A DNA stretch of 64,000 bases from an uncultured virus (IMG/VR IMGVR_UViG_3300020398_000005) (IMGVR_UViG_3300020398_000005:1-64000), one strand, 5' to 3'; positions 9,211 to 19,897 are shown, counted from the first letter of the stretch. Translations and numbers: made by a program. The notes: a model not told the origin generated them from the sequence alone.

Positions 9211-11205
9211 TTATGATCTAATTTGGATGCCGCTTACTGCGTCGCCTGCTTCTAATTTAATCCTTACGTACACTTTATTGTCAGTGGCGTTTGTAGAACT
9301 CTGTGTACCGAATGTGCAAGTGAAAGTACCTGTTGAACCTGTTGCTATGCTACCCAACGCACACCCAGGGTTAGGTACGCCGGATCCGCTGTATAGTTGG
9401 TACATGTCCCACCATCCTGCAACGCCTGGTAGTTGCACCTCTATGCCTGAATACGAGCCTGTAATCTGTATATCGAATAACGATACGGCTGTTCGTCTAA
9501 ACTCAAACGTAAGATATTGGGTTGAGTTTTTGTTGCTGTAATCAGGACCAGCTGGTAGATAGCCACTTGTGTAATCAGTGTTGTCGTGTTTTAAAATACC
9601 ACCGACCACTGAAGCTTCATCCGGTGCGGTACTAGCTGATGAATCCCAAGCAGAAAAATCACTGCCGTTTACTCGATAACCGTCTGTAGCGGCACCTGAA
9701 GGAATACTCCCCAACGATGCTGATACTGGTATTTGCATTTCAATAACAGGGCCTGAGCTTGTCGGTGTAGGGTTACCTGACATCACAAGTAAGGTCTCTG
9801 CTACGTTCGCTTTAGAGGATGTTTTATCCGGGTTATGCGATACTAGACCGAGCTTACTAGTGCTATGTATATTGCCGCCTATCGTAAACACTGCACCTGT
9901 AAATGACGCACTTGCCAAGTCCTTATCAAATATAGCAGGTAGGCCATTTGAGCCAGGATTAATAGATACATTAGATCCTGTTCCGTTTGTTGCGCTGATA
10001 ACGAACACCCCGGATGATTTATATGCGTTAGTGGCCAAGTTAGTACCGGTTCCGTCTAGCGTAATAGTCGTGCCGTTTACATAATGCGGTATACCGGAAG
10101 ACTGTGTTAATACGGAATTCGTCACAGTATACGAATCGATAGTTGCTGTGGTATCAGGTGCAACCGTGTCATACAACACATGCGCTGTATTAGTCTCGCC
10201 AGTTTCACTGTGCAAGAGTTTGGCTTGGTTTAAACCAACTGACATGTTTACACCGCGCATACGCGCACTCAAGTCTTGGAAGAAGCCTGGTGTAGTAGCA
10301 GGATAGTCGTTATTGGCCGTGATGGTAAGCGACGCGTCAGTACCACTATTATCGGTACCGTCTAGTGTAACAGATCCGTCTACTACACCGTTTATCACAG
10401 CATCAAGCACACCGCTATTGCCAGAACCGAAGCCACTGATAATAGAAGTTTGCGGAACAGACGTGGTGCGTGATGGTATATCATCACCAGCAGCAGGACC
10501 CGAACCAGTATTGTCGATATAATTGTTCGCATATTTTAGGCCGTTCGTGTTACCGAACGTAAGTGTTTTGGTACTAAGTAGAGCAGGCGCGTCAGGCAAT
10601 AACAACCCGACGATTTCATTCAGACTGTCAAACGCGTCTACTATTCTACTAGTACTTAGTAGGCCTTGAACAGCAGGAGTCTTGCCGCCTGCTATCCTCG
10701 GCGCATCAAAGTCACCGTCTTGCGGCAATGCACCAAACACAGGAACGGCTTGTCCGCCTGTTCCGGTTGGCATGTCTACAGCGACCCAGGTTCCGCTTGC
10801 TGCGTCGTACGATAATACTTGTCCGTCTGTTGCTGCCGGGAATTGATCCACGGCTACCCAAGCCGAGTTGGTTGCATCCCAAGCAAGGACCTGACCGTCT
10901 GCGACATTGGTTGGCATTTGAACAGAGCTGTCTGACACTGCTACCCATTGGGCGCCATCCCATTTAATTATGTCATTGACGTTTACACCAACCGGTACAT
11001 TGCCGCCAGTACCCGACGCGGTCAGTAACACGAGGTTGTTATTTGCATCAACACCAACAACCTGGTTTGGTGTAGCCGTATCTTTACCCAGTACGTTTAA
11101 CTCACGTAAACCGACCGCGCTTTCTTGAATGTCTTCGGAGGCAACGCCACCGTCTTTAATTACTTCGGAGGTTACCCTTGTTAATCCTCGTCTAGCCATA
11201 GTCAT
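9211..11205 (-). CDS. Virion structural / fibre-like protein
   Basis: 664 aa. N-terminal GQVLxW/YD..W repeats; C-terminal ~510 aa paralogous to 7108-9198. Confidence 0.65.
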   Translation of the reverse strand: MTMARRGLTRVTSEVIKDGGVASEDIQESAVGLRELNVLGKDTATPNQVVGVDANNNLVLLTASGTGGNVPVGVNVNDIIKWDGAQWVAVSDSSVQMPTNVADGQVLAWDATNSAWVAVDQFPAATDGQVLSYDAASGTWVAVDMPTGTGGQAVPVFGALPQDGDFDAPRIAGGKTPAVQGLLSTSRIVDAFDSLNEIVGLLLPDAPALLSTKTLTFGNTNGLKYANNYIDNTGSGPAAGDDIPSRTTSVPQTSIISGFGSGNSGVLDAVINGVVDGSVTLDGTDNSGTDASLTITANNDYPATTPGFFQDLSARMRGVNMSVGLNQAKLLHSETGETNTAHVLYDTVAPDTTATIDSYTVTNSVLTQSSGIPHYVNGTTITLDGTGTNLATNAYKSSGVFVISATNGTGSNVSINPGSNGLPAIFDKDLASASFTGAVFTIGGNIHSTSKLGLVSHNPDKTSSKANVAETLLVMSGNPTPTSSGPVIEMQIPVSASLGSIPSGAATDGYRVNGSDFSAWDSSASTAPDEASVVGGILKHDNTDYTSGYLPAGPDYSNKNSTQYLTFEFRRTAVSLFDIQITGSYSGIEVQLPGVAGWWDMYQLYSGSGVPNPGCALGSIATGSTGTFTCTFGTQSSTNATDNKVYVRIKLEAGDAVSGIQIRS

Positions 11206-12761
11206 TAATCCTTATACATATTGATAATTGACCAACCAGTGCCGTTGTGATACAGCGTTACTGATGCGTATGGCTGCGTAAGTGTTAGCGACACCTGTCC
11301 ATCAATTGGCTGATTAGCGTTAATCGTTATATTACCAGTGCCCGCAACGTCTTTGATAGTCAATTGCTTGCCTGCATCAGCGATCATCATATTCGGTAAT
11401 GTGATTACTGTGTTGGGCTGTGTAACACTTATTACCCCGTCAAGAGGGTCTGCGGTGTAAGCAGAGGTAGACACACTAACGTGGCCACCAGTAAGTCTGT
11501 TGCTGATTTCGATTACATCATTGACCACACGCATACACAATCCGGGGCCAGTGCGTAGTGTTCTGATATCACCGTCTTGGTTGACTAGCTGATATCCATT
11601 TCCTGCGTTGCTTACTGCTAATTGTGTAGGCGCAGTAATGTCGCGACCGATTACCAAGTCGCCATTTACGTCAACATCTATGCGAATATCATCAGCAGCC
11701 GAAATCGACGGCACGTCTGGTATCGCATTAATTTGGTTTTTTAGTGCCTGTGATAAAGCAAAGTCAACAGTATCGGCATTCTCGGTCACGATTATATCAT
11801 CATCGCCCCGCATTCTACGCATATGAAGTTCATAGCCAGTCTTAGTTCTACGCAACTCCTTGAGGTTTCGAGCCCCGTCTTCGGTTATATAGAACGCCGC
11901 CATTGCACAGGCGCAGCCGTCAGTATCATCCACGTTGGACTCAAACGTAATGCCCAGTATTTCAACCTCTGTCTGGTTGGCTGGTATCTCATTTAGTCTG
12001 AATATAGTAGATCCGTCAGTCTGCGGTATTACTTCAAAGGTTTGTCTACCTTGTTTAATACCATCTAGTGTCAATATAATCTTAGAGCCAATTGCTGACC
12101 ACGGCACCACAAAGTCAGAGGTCGCACCATCAGCGACATAGTTGGCAACCGAGAATGTATTGTTAGGATAACCACGTAGACCGAATACCTCTATCTCAAC
12201 GCCGACCGGAATGTCTTCGACAAATCGTATTGCTGATTGACCGTCTGCCGGATAGTATAGATCATATGCGCCGATGTGCTGTATGACACCATCTAGTGTC
12301 ACTATTAGCGAAGCGGTATTAGTCGCATACCACGGCAACCCAAAGTCGCGTTGGCCACCAGGCGCTACTCGTGTGAAAAGGCCAAGTCGCGACGGTGTTA
12401 AAGTTTGGAACCCGTAAACTTCTAGTCGTTGGCCTTCTACTAAATTCTCACTGAACTCTAATACAGTAACCGAGTCGCCGATGTTTATAGAGAATGAGTC
12501 AGCGTGTTGCTTAACACCGTCAATAGTAACAAGCAAACTCGTCGTAGAGATCGCGCTCCAAGGCAATGTGAACCTTGATTCGTTGCTCATCACATCTAGT
12601 TGGAAACATTCAATAGTTTCACTTATTGTTGGTTCTTTGGTACCGCCTGGTACTTCAGGCAAGGTACCGCCATGCTCGCCCGATAAAACAAGACAGCCTT
12701 CTGCCATGATCTTTAAAGCGAGTGATTGACTGTAAAGAGTGTTGCATGCATTAATAGCCAT
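11205..12761 (-). CDS. Baseplate/fibre-associated structural protein
   Basis: Three ~75-aa repeats (FxLPW...LIVTxDGxxQ...xEVxG) like T4-type baseplate repeats, plus a fibre-tip-like C-terminus (ITLP...GKQLTIKD...IDGQ). Confidence 0.6.
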   Translation of the reverse strand: MAINACNTLYSQSLALKIMAEGCLVLSGEHGGTLPEVPGGTKEPTISETIECFQLDVMSNESRFTLPWSAISTTSLLVTIDGVKQHADSFSINIGDSVTVLEFSENLVEGQRLEVYGFQTLTPSRLGLFTRVAPGGQRDFGLPWYATNTASLIVTLDGVIQHIGAYDLYYPADGQSAIRFVEDIPVGVEIEVFGLRGYPNNTFSVANYVADGATSDFVVPWSAIGSKIILTLDGIKQGRQTFEVIPQTDGSTIFRLNEIPANQTEVEILGITFESNVDDTDGCACAMAAFYITEDGARNLKELRRTKTGYELHMRRMRGDDDIIVTENADTVDFALSQALKNQINAIPDVPSISAADDIRIDVDVNGDLVIGRDITAPTQLAVSNAGNGYQLVNQDGDIRTLRTGPGLCMRVVNDVIEISNRLTGGHVSVSTSAYTADPLDGVISVTQPNTVITLPNMMIADAGKQLTIKDVAGTGNITINANQPIDGQVSLTLTQPYASVTLYHNGTGWSIINMYKD

Positions 12762-12772
12762 GTGTCACCTCC

Positions 12773-13186
12773 TTATAGACTTAACAGAACTTTGTCTATC
12801 GCACCGTGTGTAAGCTTGAGATCAGGTATCTGTAAACTGTCAGTGCTTATGTAACTTCTGTCTTGCACAAAGCGTAAGAATGTAAAGTTACCGCAGAAGG
12901 TAAATGCCGCAACGCCAGACTCAGGGTCATCGTTTAACGGGAATTCGATGAAGGCGCCGTCACAAGAACACGTATAGCCTCGTAACGTTATATCAAACCA
13001 ATCGTCGTCGTCTGGGTTTAGTGAAAGGGTGCCTTGTATCTTTATACGGCCTATGAAATCCTGATAGTGGATAGACACGGTGTGCAGGCCATCTACACTA
13101 CCGTACCATCCGTCAGCGCGTACACGCTCACCTACATAATTCCATTCTTGACCTGTATTAGATGTAAGAAGAACGGGTTGTCTCAT
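12773..13186 (-). CDS. Hypothetical phage protein (DGWYGxxDGLHTV motif), probably late
   Basis: 137 aa, first gene of the structural block, with CTAAATA upstream. Confidence 0.6.
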   Translation of the reverse strand: MRQPVLLTSNTGQEWNYVGERVRADGWYGSVDGLHTVSIHYQDFIGRIKIQGTLSLNPDDDDWFDITLRGYTCSCDGAFIEFPLNDDPESGVAAFTFCGNFTFLRFVQDRSYISTDSLQIPDLKLTHGAIDKVLLSL

Positions 13187-13239
13187 TGGGTATCCTACTA
13201 GAAAGTTTTATCTTTCCAGTATTTAGTGATACCATTTTA

Positions 13240-14085
13240 TTAGCTGGCTACTAGGCCGTATTGTATTACCGCTAGTGTTAGTGATTCTTTCGGGATTCCT
13301 AGTACGGTGATATCGTCTAGATGAAGCTCGATGGCATCACGTAGTTCGTTAGGTAGTTGCCCTTTGTTCATGTCATGATCCATGATATAACAACCGTAGC
13401 GATAGAAGTCCATTAAATCAGCTTTGGATGGCATAAACACAGGCTTGCCCATAGTGATAGTCCAGCCTGTACTTTCTAATTTAGATTCAGTCATACCATT
13501 ACAACGACTGATCACAGTGTTAGGTATACCGATAGTGGTCTCGTCACGGACTAGTTTCACCACCGTCTCGTAGTCTTCTTTAAAGTTAAGCACAACAATG
13601 GCGTTGGCCATTCGCATACATATCTCGTCATTGCGCTTATCATTATGAAGTCCAAATGTACGGTAATGTGCTATGATATAGAAGCTGCCTGAATCAGGAT
13701 CCAGCTTTAAGATGTCGAGTGTACCGTTCATCATACGCAGGTAATACTTTTCGTCACCGTTTTGGTATGCAACATTACCATCAACGCCGGTATTCACATA
13801 CATTAAGTCGGATGCGATTTTTAATTTGCCGTCGAAGTCGTCTTCCCGTACTGCCGCTAAAAAGGTTTTAGAACTGCGGTACATCTTTACGCGCGGTGAT
13901 TTGAATTGTTGCTCAATCACATATGATGCGCCGCGCACCCACTTTTCTACGCGTGCGGTGTGGTTCTTCAAATCTAGTACCTCTGCAGGTGATAGATAAG
14001 AAGTCTCCTTTTTGTGCACGTCGAGTAAGGTAGTCAAGCAAGCAATAAACGACGGTATCGATTTTGTATACTGTTTTTGATGCAT
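13240..14085 (-). CDS. C-terminally tagged array protein (ends IPKESLTLAVIQYGLVAS)
   Basis: 281-aa ORF with C-terminal motif; no recognisable domain. Confidence 0.8.
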   Translation of the reverse strand: MHQKQYTKSIPSFIACLTTLLDVHKKETSYLSPAEVLDLKNHTARVEKWVRGASYVIEQQFKSPRVKMYRSSKTFLAAVREDDFDGKLKIASDLMYVNTGVDGNVAYQNGDEKYYLRMMNGTLDILKLDPDSGSFYIIAHYRTFGLHNDKRNDEICMRMANAIVVLNFKEDYETVVKLVRDETTIGIPNTVISRCNGMTESKLESTGWTITMGKPVFMPSKADLMDFYRYGCYIMDHDMNKGQLPNELRDAIELHLDDITVLGIPKESLTLAVIQYGLVAS

Positions 14086-14087
14086 AA

Positions 14088-14954
14088 TTAATCCACTACT
14101 TGGTACTGATCCTCAATACCGTTTAATTTGACTTGTGCTATTATATTGTTTTTAACCTCGTCGTCAAGGTTTTTAACGCGGCCAAGCTCATTTATGTTGA
14201 TAGTTTGGTTATAAGAATATCCGTGATCGTTTAATAGTTCGCTTGTCTTTGGTTTTGCCACATCACTTATGTACTCTACGGTGCTATCAAGCAACGGACC
14301 GTAACGTCTGAGTACCAGCCATCCTTTCTTATACTCGATACCATGAGTCCCAAAGCTATGGTCTATCAATGCCAGCTTCGAGTTACCGTCAGTGATATCA
14401 CTATCCGGGACTTCTTCACAGTATTGAATTGTATCAACACGACCCGTCTGCGCGACAGTATGGTACCGCACAAACTTTCTGTCGCTGCGCACTACTAGCG
14501 AACAATTACCGACTGTGCCTTTGACTGCGTGTATCTCATAGCTCGGACTGTCATCAACACCTGCCGGTGTAAGATTCATTTTGGTAGACACGTCTGGACT
14601 GCCTGCTCGGTCGGCTGTGCGCGTTATTGTTATGAAGCATTTCCCGGACTCAGGAAACCCGGTGCTAATCCTCATGATACGCCGTATGGCACTAAATGCG
14701 ACAACGTTTATCTTTGCGCCGGAACTTGTGGTGAATTTAGACTTAGTACCACGCAATATTGGCTCATTCAATTCGTTCCATTCAAACTCGCTTTCTACAT
14801 AGTCAAAAAATAGGTTAGCAGCCGTGTTCACTTGTACTATCATGTGGCGCAGTTTGGCAGCATCTGTAGCCGGGTGTTCTAGCGAAAATACCGTTTCAAG
14901 TCTCCTAACAATAATCTTTAGGTTAGCTTCGGCGATATCAAGAATACTTTCCAT
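14088..14954 (-). CDS. C-terminally tagged array protein (LDDEVKNNIIAQVKLNGIE...)
   Basis: 288-aa ORF with a variant motif. Confidence 0.8.
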   Translation of the reverse strand: MESILDIAEANLKIIVRRLETVFSLEHPATDAAKLRHMIVQVNTAANLFFDYVESEFEWNELNEPILRGTKSKFTTSSGAKINVVAFSAIRRIMRISTGFPESGKCFITITRTADRAGSPDVSTKMNLTPAGVDDSPSYEIHAVKGTVGNCSLVVRSDRKFVRYHTVAQTGRVDTIQYCEEVPDSDITDGNSKLALIDHSFGTHGIEYKKGWLVLRRYGPLLDSTVEYISDVAKPKTSELLNDHGYSYNQTININELGRVKNLDDEVKNNIIAQVKLNGIEDQYQVVD

Positions 14955-15787
14955 TATTTTAAGTCTCCCCTAAGACGCAATTTCGCTATAGTTGCAACCT
15001 TTTCTTCATCGGATAAATTGTCAATCTCCATGAAGCGATTGGCGCCTACTATGACACGGTACTGGTTGTTAAATACACCATCCAAGTCGCCTGCGACAGA
15101 GGTCAATAACGGTACCACATCCGGTGTTATCTCGTCTACTATTCTTAACTTACTACTGTCCGCATGCTTAGTCACCAACCACCCGTTGATGTGCTTGACC
15201 GGAAGAGCCGGATCCTGCGGGTAGACTGCGCAACATGACACCGGCATGCCTCGTTCATCTTTGTCCGGCTCTTCTATCCTGTATACCAAGAGTGAAGTGT
15301 CTCCCATATACATGATGTGTGTTTCACCTGGGCTACGTAATACGACTGATGCACCGCGGTGCGGTTCGCGTGCTACAAAGCATGATATATTGTTTCCAGT
15401 AGATTCAAACCCGTATAAGGTAATCTCTGAATCCATAACGAAGCTTACTATACGGTCTGGCTTGTAAGTGTAATCAGGCGGCACTGTGCTATGCGCTGCG
15501 GCGATTACATTCGCAGTAGTAAAACGGTAATAGTCAACTGTTTTTCTAAGCGTGGTGAGTGACTTGCTGGTAAAATATGCGGTGCCTTGTATATCACCGC
15601 GTGTCACGTCCCAGTACATGGTACCCATCGAATGCAAGGCAGTAACGCACCCAATTAAATCAAGAATGGTACCCGATATGGTATCTTTGATAGTTGTGCT
15701 TTTTATTGTAGCTAGCGAATCTTTGAGTACAGCAGGGGCTTCAAGAACTGCCTCTGCTATTACTCTATCCATAGACGTAGTAGTCAT
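14954..15787 (-). CDS. C-terminally tagged array protein (LSDEEKVATIAKLRLRGDLK)
   Basis: 277-aa ORF; shares a GWLV segment near the C-terminus with 14088-14954. Confidence 0.8.
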   Translation of the reverse strand: MTTTSMDRVIAEAVLEAPAVLKDSLATIKSTTIKDTISGTILDLIGCVTALHSMGTMYWDVTRGDIQGTAYFTSKSLTTLRKTVDYYRFTTANVIAAAHSTVPPDYTYKPDRIVSFVMDSEITLYGFESTGNNISCFVAREPHRGASVVLRSPGETHIMYMGDTSLLVYRIEEPDKDERGMPVSCCAVYPQDPALPVKHINGWLVTKHADSSKLRIVDEITPDVVPLLTSVAGDLDGVFNNQYRVIVGANRFMEIDNLSDEEKVATIAKLRLRGDLK

Positions 15788-16530
15788 ACCATCCCCTGTA
15801 TACGTAACATAGGCAGTGCTATATTATTGGCTAGTAAAGGTTCATATGTCGCTACTACTGATTTCAAACTATAGTACTCCACCCGCTCAATCAACCACCT
15901 GTGAACTGTCTTTAGTTCAACCGAGTCGCTGATTTTTTTCTTTTCCTGTGTTACTGCGTTGCTGTCTAATGTGTTGAAATCAAATTCAGTAGACCACGAC
16001 ACCCGATCAACATCACGGTTTTGCTCAGACGTAATTTTAATAAAACCTTGCTCCGTTGTTCCGATTGTGTCTGTCACCGTAAACGAACCGTGGTAGCCGT
16101 GAGCCGGCACCACAAGATTATAACTAAGGTAACGATCACGTTCCATATCTTTAATGATGAACTTGCTATTGTTTAATAAAGCAGTGTACTTGAGCGCCCC
16201 TCTACTATAAAGGTTAACTACATGGCTAGTAACTGTTCCGCGCTTGTACTCCACATCGTATTGGGTAACAGGAGGCTTTGTTTGCTTAGCCGAGTTTCTA
16301 AGGCACCTATGATGCATGTGCATCATCATCGCAACCATTGGACGTTTCTGCTTGTTGTGAAAGTTAAGGAACGCCCAGCGCACGAACAACATTAGACGCG
16401 ATTCGTCTGAATTTGGCAGAGACTTTAATGGCTTTCTAAAGCTGCGCGTTTTGTTATGCGCCGATGCTTGATAAGCCTTAGTCGGCAAATATACGTCGTC
16501 CCATATATGATTAATCATCTCATATCCCAA
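15784..16530 (-). CDS. C-terminally tagged array protein (NIALPMLRIQGMV)
   Basis: 248-aa ORF; true start probably the ATG in the ATGA overlap (MINH). Confidence 0.8.
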   Translation of the reverse strand: MGYEMINHIWDDVYLPTKAYQASAHNKTRSFRKPLKSLPNSDESRLMLFVRWAFLNFHNKQKRPMVAMMMHMHHRCLRNSAKQTKPPVTQYDVEYKRGTVTSHVVNLYSRGALKYTALLNNSKFIIKDMERDRYLSYNLVVPAHGYHGSFTVTDTIGTTEQGFIKITSEQNRDVDRVSWSTEFDFNTLDSNAVTQEKKKISDSVELKTVHRWLIERVEYYSLKSVVATYEPLLANNIALPMLRIQGMV

Positions 16531-17342
16531 TTTAATAATGCGTTACTTATTACTTCTTTTGAACAGAAGCCTCGTACCAATACCAATAAGTCACGTATGT
16601 TACCGAACGTCCTTATTTCATCACTACTGTCACGGTAAATCCACATAGAGCTAGTGAGTGTGAATTCTCCAGTATCGGAGTCATACGCGTAAGAGTGGTA
16701 ATTCTTATCTAGTGTGTTCCAGTCAATTACCGTAGTCCATATCGAGTACGACACCAACTTCGAAGGGAACCCGTCTCTAGTTGTGCCTTTATAGTTCATA
16801 CGGTAAACTGACGTTTCTTTATAGCTGCGCCTAGAAGTAACAGTAAATTCCATTAGCCCTGTGCTAAACAGGCCACCTCGTATGAATTCTACCAAGACCA
16901 CAGCAAAACCATCACCGGTAGCCATTTCTGTTAACGTTACGCCCCTATGCGTCGAATAATACACATTGTATACAAGTCGATCCTTAAAGTAAACATCAAT
17001 ATCAATGCCATATTCTCTAGCAGTCTGGTAGTGTACCTGTACCGTAATGTGGTAGTCGGTGTTGAAAGAAGTTTCTTCTTTTCCTATAGTCGTATTCATA
17101 ACCTTTTCGACTGATCCGCCACCGCATACTGCATAAAAGGACTTGAGCATGCGTTCTTTTAAGAGCCATGTACTGAGCGCGATGTCAGAACTATTCCCTT
17201 GTTTATTCTTCCTTAGTAGTGCACGACACACGGCGTACCAGGTTTTGCCATCTAATACTTGACTATACACATTATGCGAGTTCGTGGCGTGTTCGTGCAT
17301 TGTAGAGAACAAATTACCAAACAGTTTCAAGTCAACATCCAT
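16515..17342 (-). CDS. Array protein with degenerate tag (CSKEVISNALLNWDMR)
   Basis: 275-aa ORF; start is embedded in the upstream gene's TAT-GGA. Confidence 0.8.
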   Translation of the reverse strand: MDVDLKLFGNLFSTMHEHATNSHNVYSQVLDGKTWYAVCRALLRKNKQGNSSDIALSTWLLKERMLKSFYAVCGGGSVEKVMNTTIGKEETSFNTDYHITVQVHYQTAREYGIDIDVYFKDRLVYNVYYSTHRGVTLTEMATGDGFAVVLVEFIRGGLFSTGLMEFTVTSRRSYKETSVYRMNYKGTTRDGFPSKLVSYSIWTTVIDWNTLDKNYHSYAYDSDTGEFTLTSSMWIYRDSSDEIRTFGNIRDLLVLVRGFCSKEVISNALLNWDMR

Positions 17343-18276
17343 ACTGTAACCTCATCATAGCCATATCTTCTTCTGGCATTAATACTGTCCCGAGTTTTTC
17401 CTGTTCCACTAGTATGCGGCCGATGTGCGTACGCACAGAGTCGTAGTCGTGCGGGTTGCTAGCTGTAAGCAACCCAGACATAGAGAAGCAATCTATCTCA
17501 AGCCCATTATCATCCCGGCGGTATCTTATCGCGCCTGCGCGGTATAGCCCCTTCGCCACAATAGTGCCAGTGCCATTAACACGGTAAGCAGAAAATACCG
17601 GCCTATTAACAACGATTTCTCGCATGCACAATGACGCTGCCGCAGGACAGACTATCGGTATACTACTGAACGGCACTGTGAACTTCGCGGTGACTCGTAA
17701 GGCTAGTGTATTAGCGTCTTTTAAGAAAGGCTTCTCAGAAGGTATTGCGGCCTCTACGTGGTCGCAATTATAACCATCATGACGCAAGTAAATGGCCAAT
17801 TGCTTGATTCTTTCATATATCGGGATAGCTGGATGGCCGGTAATCGTGTACTCGATACTAGACGTTCTCACTATGCCATTCGGGGTTTTTCTGCGCAGTT
17901 CGACAGTGACTGAGTAACTTGCCTCTATACTAGTACTAACATTCGCAACGTACCGCACTTCAGCTAGGTAGTTCTTGCTAATTTGCCAGGCAACCGTCAT
18001 ACCGACATCAGCCCAATTGGCCTGTCTGGACCTTATACTAAAAGTACCCAAGTCGTTTAGCATGAAAGCTTCGTTCAAATTCTTGTAAACGGATAACTTA
18101 TCTGCTATCGCGGCTATCCCGGTACCTTCATCAGAAACAAGTTTCAAAAACATCCAAAAGTCGAACGGTTCATCTGATCCTTTACCGATAGACGCGAAAC
18201 GATATAATTGTCGGTAATCATTCATTGCGATTTCAGCAATAGCAGCACTATGCCTACAAAGTGTTTCAAATACCAT
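17332..18276 (-). CDS. C-terminally tagged array protein (MPEEDMAMMRLQYGC)
   Basis: 314-aa ORF; shares an REI..RP.F segment with 18266-19126. Confidence 0.8.
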   Translation of the reverse strand: MVFETLCRHSAAIAEIAMNDYRQLYRFASIGKGSDEPFDFWMFLKLVSDEGTGIAAIADKLSVYKNLNEAFMLNDLGTFSIRSRQANWADVGMTVAWQISKNYLAEVRYVANVSTSIEASYSVTVELRRKTPNGIVRTSSIEYTITGHPAIPIYERIKQLAIYLRHDGYNCDHVEAAIPSEKPFLKDANTLALRVTAKFTVPFSSIPIVCPAAASLCMREIVVNRPVFSAYRVNGTGTIVAKGLYRAGAIRYRRDDNGLEIDCFSMSGLLTASNPHDYDSVRTHIGRILVEQEKLGTVLMPEEDMAMMRLQYGC

Positions 18277-19126
18277 AATTGAGAGCCATAATTGTTGCGT
18301 CAGTATCGTTTAGTATTCTCAGGCCTGTTTCATCTTCTGCCTCTCGTACTTCTTTTAAGTGATGCACAGGCGTCAACCAATCACCACTTAATTCGTCGTA
18401 GCCGAACCCAGCTCTTTGGTTTACGACACGACCTTCAATGTCATAGTCCACTACTGCGCGAACCGGCTTGTACGGATTAATGACATAAAATTTAGTGCCT
18501 TTAGAAAACGGATAGTTATCGCCATATACAGCAAATGGACGGCGTAGTATTTCCCTTCGCAACAGTATGCCGACGCCGGTGTATTCTTGGTTCTTTGTTA
18601 AGTAGCGCCTTGTGTATATGTTTCCCGGAACATACGCAGGTATAGCAACATACCGCGACGCGCGAAATTCAACGGCGCCGGCTTTATACACCACCATTGT
18701 TAAATGGCGTGTGGCATTTGATCCACGATCCACGGCACGGTGCCCGCCTGGCATTGACTTATGAAGACCCATAAACAAGCGTGTACGAGATGTGCGCGGG
18801 CTGAGGCGTATAACCGCATCATATCGCTTGCCGGTACCAAAATCAATACCATCTATGTATATGCCGACTGAGCGTATTCTCTCAGAGTTGCGCACGGTAA
18901 TATTCAAGTCGCACATTTTGTATTCGTACTCAAACCCTTCACCATCGCTATCCGATGCATACGGCAGCGCTTCTAATAATTTTTCAGCAAAGTATCGGAC
19001 AGTATTCATGCGCCATTCAGTATATGTTTCATTCATACAGCGCATATAGATCCGCCCAAAGTGTCGCAAGCCGGACATAATAATACCTAGTGTGTGGTGG
19101 TTGAATGCTTCGTTTTTAGAAACCAT
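18266..19126 (-). CDS. C-terminally tagged array protein (LNDTDATIMALNYGI)
   Basis: 286-aa ORF. Confidence 0.8.
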   Translation of the reverse strand: MVSKNEAFNHHTLGIIMSGLRHFGRIYMRCMNETYTEWRMNTVRYFAEKLLEALPYASDSDGEGFEYEYKMCDLNITVRNSERIRSVGIYIDGIDFGTGKRYDAVIRLSPRTSRTRLFMGLHKSMPGGHRAVDRGSNATRHLTMVVYKAGAVEFRASRYVAIPAYVPGNIYTRRYLTKNQEYTGVGILLRREILRRPFAVYGDNYPFSKGTKFYVINPYKPVRAVVDYDIEGRVVNQRAGFGYDELSGDWLTPVHHLKEVREAEDETGLRILNDTDATIMALNYGI

Positions 19127-19871
19127 TTAATATACCCATCCATATTTCTTTAGTTTCAACTGGTGCTAGCTTTCCTGTACTTTTGCGATAGGTGTTAACG
19201 AGCGACATCCGGCGTGCGAGTGTGCTTTCTTCACCATAGTCACGTAAAACACCAGACACTTCCGGTAAGTCAGTTATTTCGAGCGGTAGGCTCCATTCCC
19301 TAGTAACTCTTGTTTCACCTGTTTCGAAGTTCTTAGAACTCACTTGTATTGCAGGAATATGTGCTTTTATCGGTGCAGCATCAGTAAATGTAACGTTGCG
19401 GTATAGGTAACGTATAGTGATCTCGTCGTTTTCGTAATCAATAATAAGCTTCGAACCGCTCAATGAGGAAAACTGAATCGAAATATATTTATATCTACCG
19501 CCTCTGGACACTATATCAAGGCTTAGCGCGGGTTTACGACAAGCAGCAAGGCCGATTCGGCCTTTAAGGAATTCATGCGATACGCGTTCTTCTACGCCTC
19601 GTTTTTGATACACTGATAACTTAACTGTGTTGAAGTAGTCGCTGACTTTGCTACCGATTCGGAGGTGTGTTTGACGATTGCCTATTTCGTGCGTTTCGCT
19701 GAACACACTACCTTTTTTGACTTGGGTAAGGATACGTGCGTTGTGCTCAACTATTGCTTCAAGCTTTTCTCGAAGCGCATCGAAATCAGGTTTACGCGCA
19801 CGAGATACGGTAGGTAGTATCTCCATCACGTAACCATAGAACTCTTTAGTTAGGCCGTACATGTCAAACAT
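19116..19871 (-). CDS. C-terminally tagged array protein (VETKEIWMGILNGF)
   Basis: 251-aa ORF with AAGGAG SD and a sigma70-like promoter upstream. Confidence 0.8.
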   Translation of the reverse strand: MFDMYGLTKEFYGYVMEILPTVSRARKPDFDALREKLEAIVEHNARILTQVKKGSVFSETHEIGNRQTHLRIGSKVSDYFNTVKLSVYQKRGVEERVSHEFLKGRIGLAACRKPALSLDIVSRGGRYKYISIQFSSLSGSKLIIDYENDEITIRYLYRNVTFTDAAPIKAHIPAIQVSSKNFETGETRVTREWSLPLEITDLPEVSGVLRDYGEESTLARRMSLVNTYRKSTGKLAPVETKEIWMGILNGF

Positions 19872-19897
19872 TAAATGCTCTCCTTTATCATAAGCAC

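Noticed and set aside
7108..11205. Diversity-generating retroelement (TR/VR pair)
   Set aside because: Both copies lie in intact long ORFs, differences are not adenine-specific, and there is no reverse transcriptase in the window.
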